From NCBI GenBank assembly GCA_015519965.1, contig WIAM01000013.1, positions 1 to 53,683 on the forward strand: a DNA stretch of 53,683 nt, in the 5' to 3' direction. The notes beneath the pieces were generated by a model that was given only the letters and a program-made list of their open reading frames with translations, ran no database searches and was not told the origin of the DNA. Shown one piece after another: positions 1-7,887 of the stretch. This DNA comes from Thermaceae bacterium (lineage in GTDB: Bacteria > Deinococcota > Deinococci > Deinococcales > Marinithermaceae). The number at the start of each line of letters is the position of its first letter. Position 1 is the stretch's first letter. The translations under genes were made by a program, and so were the position numbers.

Positions 1-1069
1 CGATCTCGGACCGGCGGGGGATGTCGAAGGCCGGGGGGTCATCGAGGAGGGTGGTGCTCAGCCGCTGGCCGAGCCGGGCTTCCCAGTTATGGTGCCAGTC
101 CTCCGGGAGCGCCTTTGGGATCGGCTTTCCCTGGATCATGTAATAGAGCAAGGTCCACACCCTCGGCGTGGCATCGAGGGAGTAGCCGCCCCCGAGCGTG
201 ACCAACAGCCTTCCGCCGGCAAAGGTATCTGCGTATTCGAGGACCCTCGAAAACGCCTGCAAATAGCCCTGGGTGGTGAGGAGTAGATCGGCGAGGGGGT
301 CCATGTAGTGGGCATCGGCCCCAGCCTGGAGCACGATCACATCGGGCCGAAACCATTCCAGCGCCCGCGGGGCCACGGTCTCAAAGGCTAAAAGCCAGCT
401 TTGGTCGTCGGTGAAGGGCTCGAGGGGAAGGTTGAGCTTGGTGCCCACCGCCGCCCCCCGGCCGAGCTCGTGGACGTGCCCGGTGCCCGGGAAGAGGTAG
501 CGGCCCGATTCGTGAAGGCTCAGCGTGAGCACCCGGGGCTCGTCGTAAAAGATCCACTGTACCCCGTCGCCATGGTGGACGTCGATATCGAGGTAGGCCA
601 CGCGCAGGCCCTGATCCAAGAGGTAGCGGATGGCCACCGCCAAATCGTTATAGACGCAAAACCCCGAGGCCCGATCGTACTGGGCGTGGTGGAGCCCGCC
701 CCCAAGCTGGAGCACCCTTTTCGCACGTCCCGAGGCAATGCGCCTCGCCGCCTCGAGGGTCCCCCCCACCAGCCGGCGGGCCGCCCGGTCCATCTCGGGG
801 AACACCGGGGTGTCTCCGGTGCCGAGGCCGTATTGCATGAGGTCTCCGGGATCCTCGCCCCGGCTCGCCGCCTCGACCCGGCGCACGAAACGCTCGGCGT
901 GAACCCAAAGGATCTCTTCCCGACGCGCGAGCGGCGGCTCAACGAAATCGACCGGCTCCCCCAGCGCCTCCAAAAGCTCGACCACCATCTCCAGGCGAAC
1001 CGGGCTGAAAGGGTGCTCGGAGCCGAAGTCATAGGCCAGGTAGTCGGGGTGAAAGATCACCGGGACCAT
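1..1069 (-). CDS. acuC: Histone-deacetylase family protein, AcuC-like (acetoin utilisation / protein deacetylase); C-terminus lies beyond the window edge
   Basis: Absent from the ORF track because it has no in-window stop. Hand translation of the minus strand from ATG 1069 gives MVPVIFHPDYLAYDFG... It contains LGGGLHHAQYDRASGFCVYND (about 700-640) and YLDIDVHHGDGVQ (598-560), the HDAC active-site signatures. The start overlaps the upstream CBS gene stop by 13 nt. Confidence 0.85.
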   Translation of the reverse strand, partial: MVPVIFHPDYLAYDFGSEHPFSPVRLEMVVELLEALGEPVDFVEPPLARREEILWVHAERFVRRVEAASRGEDPGDLMQYGLGTGDTPVFPEMDRAARRLVGGTLEAARRIASGRAKRVLQLGGGLHHAQYDRASGFCVYNDLAVAIRYLLDQGLRVAYLDIDVHHGDGVQWIFYDEPRVLTLSLHESGRYLFPGTGHVHELGRGAAVGTKLNLPLEPFTDDQSWLLAFETVAPRALEWFRPDVIVLQAGADAHYMDPLADLLLTTQGYLQAFSRVLEYADTFAGGRLLVTLGGGYSLDATPRVWTLLYYMIQGKPIPKALPEDWHHNWEARLGQRLSTTLLDDPPAFDIPRRSEI

Positions 1070-1686
1070 GGTTTCGCTGGCGGCCAGACGACCTCGAACC
1101 CCCGTTCCCGCAGCGCCTCGGCCAGGGGTCGGGCCTCGAGGGTCGAGATGCGCAGCACGTTGGTGACCCGGCCGTCGCCGGTGGGGTAGGTGAGCACCGA
1201 GTGGATGTTGATCTGCCGCTCGGCGAAAAACGCCGTCAGACGGGCGAGCTCACCCGGCCGATCCGGCAACGCCACCTCGATGCGCCCCGCAGGCTGGGTG
1301 GCACCGGTGAGGGTGATGAGGGCGTCGAGCAGGTCGATGCCGGTGATGATCCCCACCAGGGCCTTGCCCTCCACCACTGGGAGACACCCCACCTTTTCCT
1401 CGCGCATGACCCGGGCCGCGTCCTCGACCGGATCGAGGGGATCCGCGGTCAACACCGGCGACTTCATGGCCGCGCGCACCGGAGCGCTTTGCGGAAGCGG
1501 GTTTTTGGAAAGCGAGCTGGTGGCGAGGCGGATATCGCGATCGGTCACGATGCCCACCAGGCGATCGCCCTCGAGGACCGGCAGATGCCGGATGCCTTTT
1601 TCCCAGAGCACCTGGTTGGCCTCGGCCAGGGTGCGCTCGGGCCCAATGGTAATCACCGGGCTTTTCATCACGTCACGAACGAGCAT
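1057..1686 (-). CDS. acuB: CBS-pair plus ACT domain protein (AcuB-like)
   Basis: 209-aa ORF with two CBS repeats (IRHLPVLEGDRLVGIVTDRD; VGCLPVVEGKALVGIITGIDL) followed by an ACT-like tail (GRIEVALPDRPGELARLTAFFAERQINIHSVL). It sits directly upstream of the HDAC gene, as in acuABC loci. Confidence 0.8.
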   Translation of the reverse strand: MLVRDVMKSPVITIGPERTLAEANQVLWEKGIRHLPVLEGDRLVGIVTDRDIRLATSSLSKNPLPQSAPVRAAMKSPVLTADPLDPVEDAARVMREEKVGCLPVVEGKALVGIITGIDLLDALITLTGATQPAGRIEVALPDRPGELARLTAFFAERQINIHSVLTYPTGDGRVTNVLRISTLEARPLAEALRERGFEVVWPPAKPWSR

Positions 1687-1724
1687 TGGCTCTATTGTAT
1701 GCCCCGACCACCACCCGGGGTGTC

Positions 1725-2714
1725 CTACTTCTCATAGGGCTTCCCGATCGCCGCCGGTGGCCGCGCCCGGCCGATGAAGCCGGCCAGGACCAGCATGGTG
1801 AGCACGTAGGGGAAGGCCTGGAGGATGGGCGAGGGGAGCACGCCGGCGCCCTCGACCTGAATCCGGAAGGCCTCGGCGAAGCCAAAGAGCAGTGTGGCGC
1901 CCAGGATGCCAAAGGGGTGCCACTTGCCAAAGATCAGCGCCGCCAAGGCGATGAACCCCCGCCCGGCAGCCATCAGGCGGATAAACTGGTTGATCTGGTC
2001 GATGGAGAGGTAGGCCCCGGCCAGGCCCCCGAGGACGCCGGAGAGCAACACCCCGTGGTAGCGCATCAGGAAGACGTTGATGCCCAGAGAGTCGGCCGCC
2101 TCCGGGTGCTCGCCCACCGAGCGCAGCCTGAGGCCCCAGGGGGTTTTAAAGAGGGCGAAATAGGCAACCGGCACCAGGATGAAGGCCAGGTAGACGAGCG
2201 GGCTCTGGTCGAGCACCCGGCCCACGGGCGTGGAGAAGAAGTCCCGGGCCCCGGGCACCGACGACAGGTACTGACCGATCGACTGGACGCGATGCACCAC
2301 CTCCTTGCTGGCGGTGGCATTTTGATAGAGGAAAATGAGGACGATGGAGGGGAGCCCGAACGAGAGCATGTTGATCGCGGTCCCCGAAACGATCTGATCG
2401 GCCCGGTAGCGGATCGAGACCACGGCGTGGATCCAGGCGGTGAGGGTACCGGCCAAAATCGCGGCCAGTACCCCGGCCCAGGGGATCCACCAGATCCGGA
2501 CGTTCGGGTCCTGGGCCAGGTAGGGGGCCTCGAGCTGCTGAACGGTGACCGCCGCGGCCAGGGCACCGAAGTTGATGATGCCTTCAAGCGCGATGTTCAC
2601 GATACCCGCGCGCTCGTTGAACATCCCCCCGAGCGCGGTAAAGAGCAGCGGCGTGGTCTGCCGCAAGGCCCCGGCGATGAGGGCCACCCAAAAGGCGCTG
2701 GAGATCCAGTCCAT
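1725..2714 (-). CDS. ABC transporter permease, BMP/nucleoside type (YufQ/NupQ-like)
   Basis: 329-aa polytopic ORF. N-terminal TPLLFTALGGMFNERAGIVNIALEG motif is typical of this permease family. 2-nt gap to the upstream permease. Confidence 0.85.
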   Translation of the reverse strand: MDWISSAFWVALIAGALRQTTPLLFTALGGMFNERAGIVNIALEGIINFGALAAAVTVQQLEAPYLAQDPNVRIWWIPWAGVLAAILAGTLTAWIHAVVSIRYRADQIVSGTAINMLSFGLPSIVLIFLYQNATASKEVVHRVQSIGQYLSSVPGARDFFSTPVGRVLDQSPLVYLAFILVPVAYFALFKTPWGLRLRSVGEHPEAADSLGINVFLMRYHGVLLSGVLGGLAGAYLSIDQINQFIRLMAAGRGFIALAALIFGKWHPFGILGATLLFGFAEAFRIQVEGAGVLPSPILQAFPYVLTMLVLAGFIGRARPPAAIGKPYEK

Positions 2715-2716
2715 GA

Positions 2717-4555
2717 CTATGCCTCCTCCTCCCTCAACGCCTCGGCGGCGAGGAGCGGATCGGTGAAGTAGCGCGGGAGGAAACCGCCCGCGGCGATGAA
2801 GAGAACGATCAACGATTCAAGGACCAAAACCAGCTCCCGGCTGATTCCGAGCTGCAAATTGAGCTGCAACCCTCCGGTGAGGAGCACGCCAAAGAGGAAA
2901 GCGGCGAGGGTCACCCCGATCGGGGTGTTTTGCCCCATGAGGGCCACCGCGATGCCATCGAAGCCGACGTTATAGGGAATCGACTGCTTGAGGCGGTATT
3001 CGTCGATACCCCCGCCGAGCACGTAGTGGGTGGCGGCCAGCCCAGCAAAGGCGCCGGCGATGGCCATGGTGAGCACCAGTTTGCTCGAGATCTTCACCCC
3101 CGCGTACTCCGCAGCCTTGGGCGCAAGGCCCACGGCCCGGAGCTCGTAGCCGTACTTGGTTCTCCACATGTAGAAGTTGTAGAACGCCACGGCGAAAAGC
3201 GCGATCACGAAGGCGCCGTTGAGCCGCACCGAGGCCAGATCGGGCGACATGGTGGCGGGAATCCCGGGCAGGAAACCACCGAGGACGTAACCGCCCACGG
3301 CAGCCCCGAGCGCGTAGACCACCCGGCGCCCGAGCTCAAGCCGGCGCCCGAAGATGTAGTAGACGACGAGCATCAGCACCAGGGCCAAGGGCAGGGCCAG
3401 CGAGAGTTCCCCCGGGCCCGCGCCATCAAAGCCCAGCATCTTGTGGAGCATGGGGATCCGGGCCTCGGGGCGGATCTCGTAGCTCCTGGGCTCGTAGCCC
3501 GGAAACTTGAAGGGCAGGTAGACCTTTTGCCCGAAGAACGACCACTCGTTCTTGCTCAAAAGGAGCAGCATCACCGAGAGGGCGATGTAGTTCATCATGA
3601 TGGTGTTGATCACCTCGTGGGCGCCAAAGCGCGCCTTGAGCCAGCCGGGGATCGCCCCCCAGATCGCGCCCCCCAGGGCCGCGGCGGCGATGGCGAGGGG
3701 CAACACAAAAAAACGGGGGCCGGGGAGGTAGACGCCGACCAGCATGGCAAAGATCGCCCCCATGATCAGCTGGCCCGGGGCGCCGATGTTGAAAAGCCCC
3801 GCCTTAAAGCCAAAGGCTACGCTGAGACCGGTGAAGATCAGGGGCGTAGCGATGAGCGCTGACTGGAAGAGCCCCGAGAGCGAGAGCACAGGGCCGAAGA
3901 GGAGCTGGAAGGTGTAGGTGACGAGATCCAGCTTGGCCACCAGATAGGCGTAGGTGGAAAGGGGTTCGCGCACACCCGGGATGGGGCGGAGCAACCACAC
4001 GATCGCCCCGCCGACCACCATGGCCAGCACCATGCTCACCGCCGGAACCACCACCCCCCGGTAGCGGACCAGGATCCGCTGCCCTTTCGGCTGGTTGAGC
4101 CGCGCGGTCACCAGGAGGAAAAGGGCGTAAAAGAGCTGGACGTAGAGACCGAACGACAGCGAGTACCGCCGGAGGGGCAGCCGCCTCGGGCTGACCCCGC
4201 GCGCGAGCGCTTCGGTATTGATCTCGGCGACCGCCTGGTAAAAAAGGTAGGCCTCGAGGCCAAAGAGCAAAAGCCCGAGGCCGCCGAGCACATAGAGCCA
4301 CCGGGCCCGCTTTTGGCCGCGGGTCAGGGTGTAGACGAGAACCGAGACCAGGGCCAAAACCGCCCACAGCGCGAACATGGTCCCCAGCCACCCCAACTCG
4401 GGCCAGGGGCCCCGGGCGTTGCTCGGGTTGACCACGCCAAAGGGCGCGAGCAAAACACCACGCCCGCCAAAAGCACGCTTGGCCACGAACCACGGCGAAA
4501 TGGCCATGAGGGCCGCCGATGCCAGGGCGATGAGCGGAAAAAAGACGCGGTTCAC
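2717..4555 (-). CDS. ABC transporter permease (YufP/NupP-like) with about 250-aa N-terminal multi-TM extension
   Basis: 612-aa ORF with GTG start. The C-terminal ~350 aa carry TPLIFTGLSVAFGFKAGLFNIGAPGQ and a polytopic core. The N-terminal part is hydrophobic with several extra TM segments. Confidence 0.8.
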   Translation of the reverse strand: MNRVFFPLIALASAALMAISPWFVAKRAFGGRGVLLAPFGVVNPSNARGPWPELGWLGTMFALWAVLALVSVLVYTLTRGQKRARWLYVLGGLGLLLFGLEAYLFYQAVAEINTEALARGVSPRRLPLRRYSLSFGLYVQLFYALFLLVTARLNQPKGQRILVRYRGVVVPAVSMVLAMVVGGAIVWLLRPIPGVREPLSTYAYLVAKLDLVTYTFQLLFGPVLSLSGLFQSALIATPLIFTGLSVAFGFKAGLFNIGAPGQLIMGAIFAMLVGVYLPGPRFFVLPLAIAAAALGGAIWGAIPGWLKARFGAHEVINTIMMNYIALSVMLLLLSKNEWSFFGQKVYLPFKFPGYEPRSYEIRPEARIPMLHKMLGFDGAGPGELSLALPLALVLMLVVYYIFGRRLELGRRVVYALGAAVGGYVLGGFLPGIPATMSPDLASVRLNGAFVIALFAVAFYNFYMWRTKYGYELRAVGLAPKAAEYAGVKISSKLVLTMAIAGAFAGLAATHYVLGGGIDEYRLKQSIPYNVGFDGIAVALMGQNTPIGVTLAAFLFGVLLTGGLQLNLQLGISRELVLVLESLIVLFIAAGGFLPRYFTDPLLAAEALREEEA

Positions 4556-4616
4556 GGGGGGTTATTGTAAGGCATGGCCCGGGACTTTCACCACGGGGCT
4601 TTATGATGAATAGGTT

Positions 4617-5330
4617 ATGGATCCCGAAAGCCGCGATCCAGAAGCCGTACGGCGCATGTTCTCCGAGATCGCGCCGCGCTATGACCTGCTCAACCGCCTC
4701 CTCTCCTTCGGCGTCGACCGCCGCTGGCGGATGGCCGCGGTTCGCGAGGCCCTCGAGGACAACCCCCGCCGGCTGCTCGACGTCGCGACCGGGACCGGCG
4801 ACGTCGCGCTCCTGGTCAAGGCGGTCTCGCCGGGGACCGAGGTCATCGGCATGGATTTCTCGCCCGAGATGATCGCCATCGCCCGGCAAAAAGCCCGGCA
4901 AACAGGCGCCGCGGGGCTCTATTTCGTCCCCGGCGACGCCATGGAGATGCAGTTTCCCGACGAATTTTTCCAGGCCCTTACCGTGGCTTTCGGCTTTCGC
5001 AACTTCCACGATTACGAACGGGGGCTCGCCGAGTTCTACCGCGTGCTCACCCCCGGGGGCCGGGCGGTGATCCTGGAGTTTCCGCCGCCCCCCGACGGCT
5101 GGTTCGGCCGGGTGTACAAGGTCTACTTCGACCGCGTCCTCCCCTTTTTGGGAGGGATGATCTCGAAAAAGCCCGAGGCCTACCGCTACCTCCCCGAAAC
5201 CGTCGAGCGCTTCCCAAAACCCGAGGATTTCCGCAAAATGATGGAGGCGGCCGGCTTCCGGACGCGCTACCGCCTCCTCAGCGGGGGCATCGCGGCGATC
5301 TTCGTGGGTGTGAAGGATGCTCGAGGTTAA
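4617..5330 (+). CDS. ubiE: Demethylmenaquinone/ubiquinone C-methyltransferase (UbiE/MenG)
   Basis: 237 aa. SAM motif LLDVATGTGDVA, FGFRNFHDYERGLAEFYRVLTPGGRAVILEF and YRYLPETVERFP are all characteristic of UbiE/MenG. Confidence 0.9.
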   Translation: MDPESRDPEAVRRMFSEIAPRYDLLNRLLSFGVDRRWRMAAVREALEDNPRRLLDVATGTGDVALLVKAVSPGTEVIGMDFSPEMIAIARQKARQTGAAGLYFVPGDAMEMQFPDEFFQALTVAFGFRNFHDYERGLAEFYRVLTPGGRAVILEFPPPPDGWFGRVYKVYFDRVLPFLGGMISKKPEAYRYLPETVERFPKPEDFRKMMEAAGFRTRYRLLSGGIAAIFVGVKDARG

Positions 5331-5820
5331 CCCCCATCCGGCGCTCTTTCTCAGGAAAGATTCGACCGACGCCACCGCCCTTAAGGCCCGGTTCGCCCTG
5401 GCGATGGCCCTGGCCCGCTCGCGCATCGTGGGGCGGGTGTACGAGAACGAAGCGGCGCGGGTGGTGCATGGCCAAGGCGGCCTGCTCATCGAAAGCAAGC
5501 CGCCCATGAAGAGCTTTTTCGCCCACTTCGGGTCGCTTAGCGGCACCTGGCTCCCGCCCAGGGAAGCGACGGCGCTGGCGCTTGGGGCCTTCGAGCGGCT
5601 TGAAGCCGGGGATGAGGGCTGGGGCATCGCCTGCTACGGCCGGGGCCGGTTCCGCGTCGCGCTTCACGGCCAGTGCGAGGGCCGGGTGCGCCCCGAACCC
5701 CCGCGCTTTTTGCGCGCCGAGTGGCCGAAACAGGGTCTGGCCATGATCGAGGTCCAGGGTGAATACCTCCTCTTCCAGTACCCGAGGACACGGCCCGTCC
5801 TCGGTCTGGTCCACGAATGA
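5317..5820 (+). CDS. Hypothetical protein (167 aa), translationally coupled on both sides
   Basis: High GC3 in this frame and balanced amino-acid composition. Overlaps the ubiE end by 14 nt and the next gene by ATGA. No motif recognised. Confidence 0.5.
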   Translation: MLEVNPHPALFLRKDSTDATALKARFALAMALARSRIVGRVYENEAARVVHGQGGLLIESKPPMKSFFAHFGSLSGTWLPPREATALALGAFERLEAGDEGWGIACYGRGRFRVALHGQCEGRVRPEPPRFLRAEWPKQGLAMIEVQGEYLLFQYPRTRPVLGLVHE

Positions 5821-6554
5821 TGATGGATACGCCAAACCGCTACGACGTCCTGGTGGTCGGGGCCGGGTTCGCCGGCTCGGAGGTCGCCTACCGCCTGGCG
5901 CAAAACGGGCTTCGGGTGGGGCTATTGACCCAGAGCCTGGACTCGCTCTTTTTGCCGGTGACCGAGATCAGCGACCCGCCGGCCGAGGGCACCCTGTTCG
6001 CCGAAGTGTACGAAGAAGGCCTGCCGCCGTTTTTGCTCCACGCCCGGGCCAAGTGGCGCCTGGAATCGCTGGCGCCACGGCTCCACCTCTTCCAGGCCAC
6101 GGCGACCCGCCTCTGCATCGAAGACGGGCGGGTTCTCGGCGTTGAGAGCTGGGAAGGCCCCGAATACCGGGCCCGGGTCACCGTACTCGCCCTCGGAAGC
6201 TTCCTCGGAGCCAGGCTGAGGGTCGGCGAGATCGAGGAGGCCGCGGGGCGGCTCGGCGAGGCCGCCTACCCCGACTTCTACGCCCACCTCCGCGAGCTCG
6301 GGTTCCGCTTTGAGCCCAGCAGCCTGAGCGCGCCGCCGTTTAAGGGCGCCCCGGGCTACACGGTCCGCTTTGACCGCTTCGCCTCCGAGGAATGGGACCG
6401 AGAAAGTTGCAGGCTCACGCGCTTTTCAGGGCTGTTTGGCGTCGGGGTCTGCGTGCTTGGAAGCGGAAGCTACGCCCAGGTCAGCCTCGAGGGCACCCGT
6501 CTCGCCGAACGCCTCCTCGAATTTTTTCAGAATCTTCCGGTCGAGGACGCTTAG
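5817..6554 (+). CDS. Small GidA-related FAD-binding protein
   Basis: 245 aa. N-terminal dinucleotide fold YDVLVVGAGFAGSEVAYRLAQNG. Size and N-terminus resemble the ~230-aa small GidA-like proteins known from Thermus. Confidence 0.6.
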   Translation: MMMDTPNRYDVLVVGAGFAGSEVAYRLAQNGLRVGLLTQSLDSLFLPVTEISDPPAEGTLFAEVYEEGLPPFLLHARAKWRLESLAPRLHLFQATATRLCIEDGRVLGVESWEGPEYRARVTVLALGSFLGARLRVGEIEEAAGRLGEAAYPDFYAHLRELGFRFEPSSLSAPPFKGAPGYTVRFDRFASEEWDRESCRLTRFSGLFGVGVCVLGSGSYAQVSLEGTRLAERLLEFFQNLPVEDA

Positions 6555-7451
6555 CGGCTTCGAACTCGCGTCCAGACCGTCGGCGCCCACCCGCGCCCAG
6601 TAAACCCGAACCCGCATGTCCAGGTGGGTAAGGCCGTGGCGAACCTCACCGGCGAACGCGGCGCCGCTTAACCCGTACTCGCGGAGGAGTACCCCGAGAT
6701 CTTCGCCCATGGGAACCCCGTAGAGCCCAGAGAAGCGCTTGCCTTCGCGTCGGACGAGCACCACCCCCTCGCGTCCCACGAGCACCAGGGCGAAGAGGTC
6801 AAGGCGTTTTTTCCTCGTGCGCCGGGGCAGGGGAAAGCGATTGGGATCGCGTTTTCCCCGGCACCCCTCGCCCAGCGGGCAACCGGCGCAGGCCGGCTTT
6901 TTCGGGGTGCAGCGCGTGGCCCCGAGCTCGATGAGGGCTTGGTTCCACTCCCCCGGCGCTGCAGCATCCACCAGGGCCTCGGCGAGCCGTCGAAGCTCGG
7001 CCTCCCCCGGCGCGGCCAGGCCGTAGTAGCGGGCGAGCACCCGGCGCGCGTTCCCGTCGACCGCGGGCACCGCTTCCCCGAAAGCGATCGAGGCCACGGC
7101 GCCCGCGGTGTAGGGCCCAAGGCCAGGAAGCTGGCGGAGCTCGGCGTAGGTTTTCGGGAGCACCCCGCCCGTCGCTCGTGCCAGAGCGTGCAGCTGGTGG
7201 GCCCGGCGGTAGTAGCCCGCCCCCTGCCAGAGCTCGAGCAGGGCCTCGAGCGGGGCCTCACCCAGCGCGGCCAGGGTGGGAAAGCGAGCCAGAATCCTCC
7301 GGTAAAAGGGGATCGCCCGCTCGACCTGGGTCTGCTGGAGGAGGACCTCCGCCAGCAAAACGGCGTAGGGGTCGCGCGTACGCCGCCAGGGGAGGTCCCG
7401 GCGGTGTTTCCGGTACCAGGCCAGGAGGGCCCGGCGCTCCCGATCGGTCAT
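6426..7451 (-). CDS. mutY: A/G-specific adenine DNA glycosylase MutY
   Basis: HhH-GPD region (LLAEVLLQQTQVERAIPFY..., LPGLGPYTAGAVASIAFG), 4Fe-4S loop CTPKKPACAGCPLGEGC, NUDIX-like C-terminal domain. Start moved from the track value to ATG 7451, which forms an ATGA overlap with the upstream gene stop. Confidence 0.85.
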   Translation of the reverse strand: MTDRERRALLAWYRKHRRDLPWRRTRDPYAVLLAEVLLQQTQVERAIPFYRRILARFPTLAALGEAPLEALLELWQGAGYYRRAHQLHALARATGGVLPKTYAELRQLPGLGPYTAGAVASIAFGEAVPAVDGNARRVLARYYGLAAPGEAELRRLAEALVDAAAPGEWNQALIELGATRCTPKKPACAGCPLGEGCRGKRDPNRFPLPRRTRKKRLDLFALVLVGREGVVLVRREGKRFSGLYGVPMGEDLGVLLREYGLSGAAFAGEVRHGLTHLDMRVRVYWARVGADGLDASSKPLSVLDRKILKKFEEAFGETGALEADLGVASASKHADPDAKQP

Positions 7452-7864
7452 GTTCCGAAAAGGCGCCTGTGCTCGGCCAGCATGCAGCGGTCCTGGACCA
7501 CCGTGATCCCCCGGGCCGAGAGTTCGGCCGCGGCCTCGTCGTTGCGAATGCCGAGCTGGAACCACACCACCTTGGGCAGGGGCTGCATGGCCAGGATGTC
7601 CTCGAGGTGCCCCGGGATCGCCTGGCTCGGGCGAAAGACATCGACGACGTCCACAGGGTCATCGATCGAGGCGAGGTCAGGTCGTACCGGCTCGCCAAAA
7701 AGCACCTCGCCCGTGAACTTCGGGTTGACCGGGATGATCCGGTACCCCACCCCGGCGAGGTATTCGGGAACGTAGGCCGCCGCCCGGGAAAGATCGCGGT
7801 GCGCGCCGAGCACGGCGATCACCCGGGCCGATTGTAGGATCGCTTTGAGCTCGGCGTCGCTCAC
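7448..7864 (-). CDS. CoA-binding domain protein (YccU-like)
   Basis: 138 aa. ARVIAVLGAHRDLSRAAAYVPEYLAGVGYRIIPVNP is typical of the CoA_binding_2 family. GTG start. Confidence 0.85.
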   Translation of the reverse strand: MSDAELKAILQSARVIAVLGAHRDLSRAAAYVPEYLAGVGYRIIPVNPKFTGEVLFGEPVRPDLASIDDPVDVVDVFRPSQAIPGHLEDILAMQPLPKVVWFQLGIRNDEAAAELSARGITVVQDRCMLAEHRRLFGT

Positions 7865-7887
7865 GGAATCAAGTATAAATAGATATC

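Noticed and set aside
401-1189. 262-aa plus-strand ORF (and minus ORFs 520..1032, 648..908, 87..356) at the left edge
   Set aside because: The real gene here is the open-ended minus-strand HDAC/AcuC frame (YLDIDVHHGDGVQ), which the track omitted. These ORFs are other frames of it.
3804-5627. 607-aa minus-strand ORF spanning the permease start, the divergent spacer and all of ubiE
   Set aside because: Arg/Pro/Gly/Ala-rich low-complexity translation, antisense to two genes with clear family motifs, and it crosses a promoter region. A typical high-GC shadow ORF.
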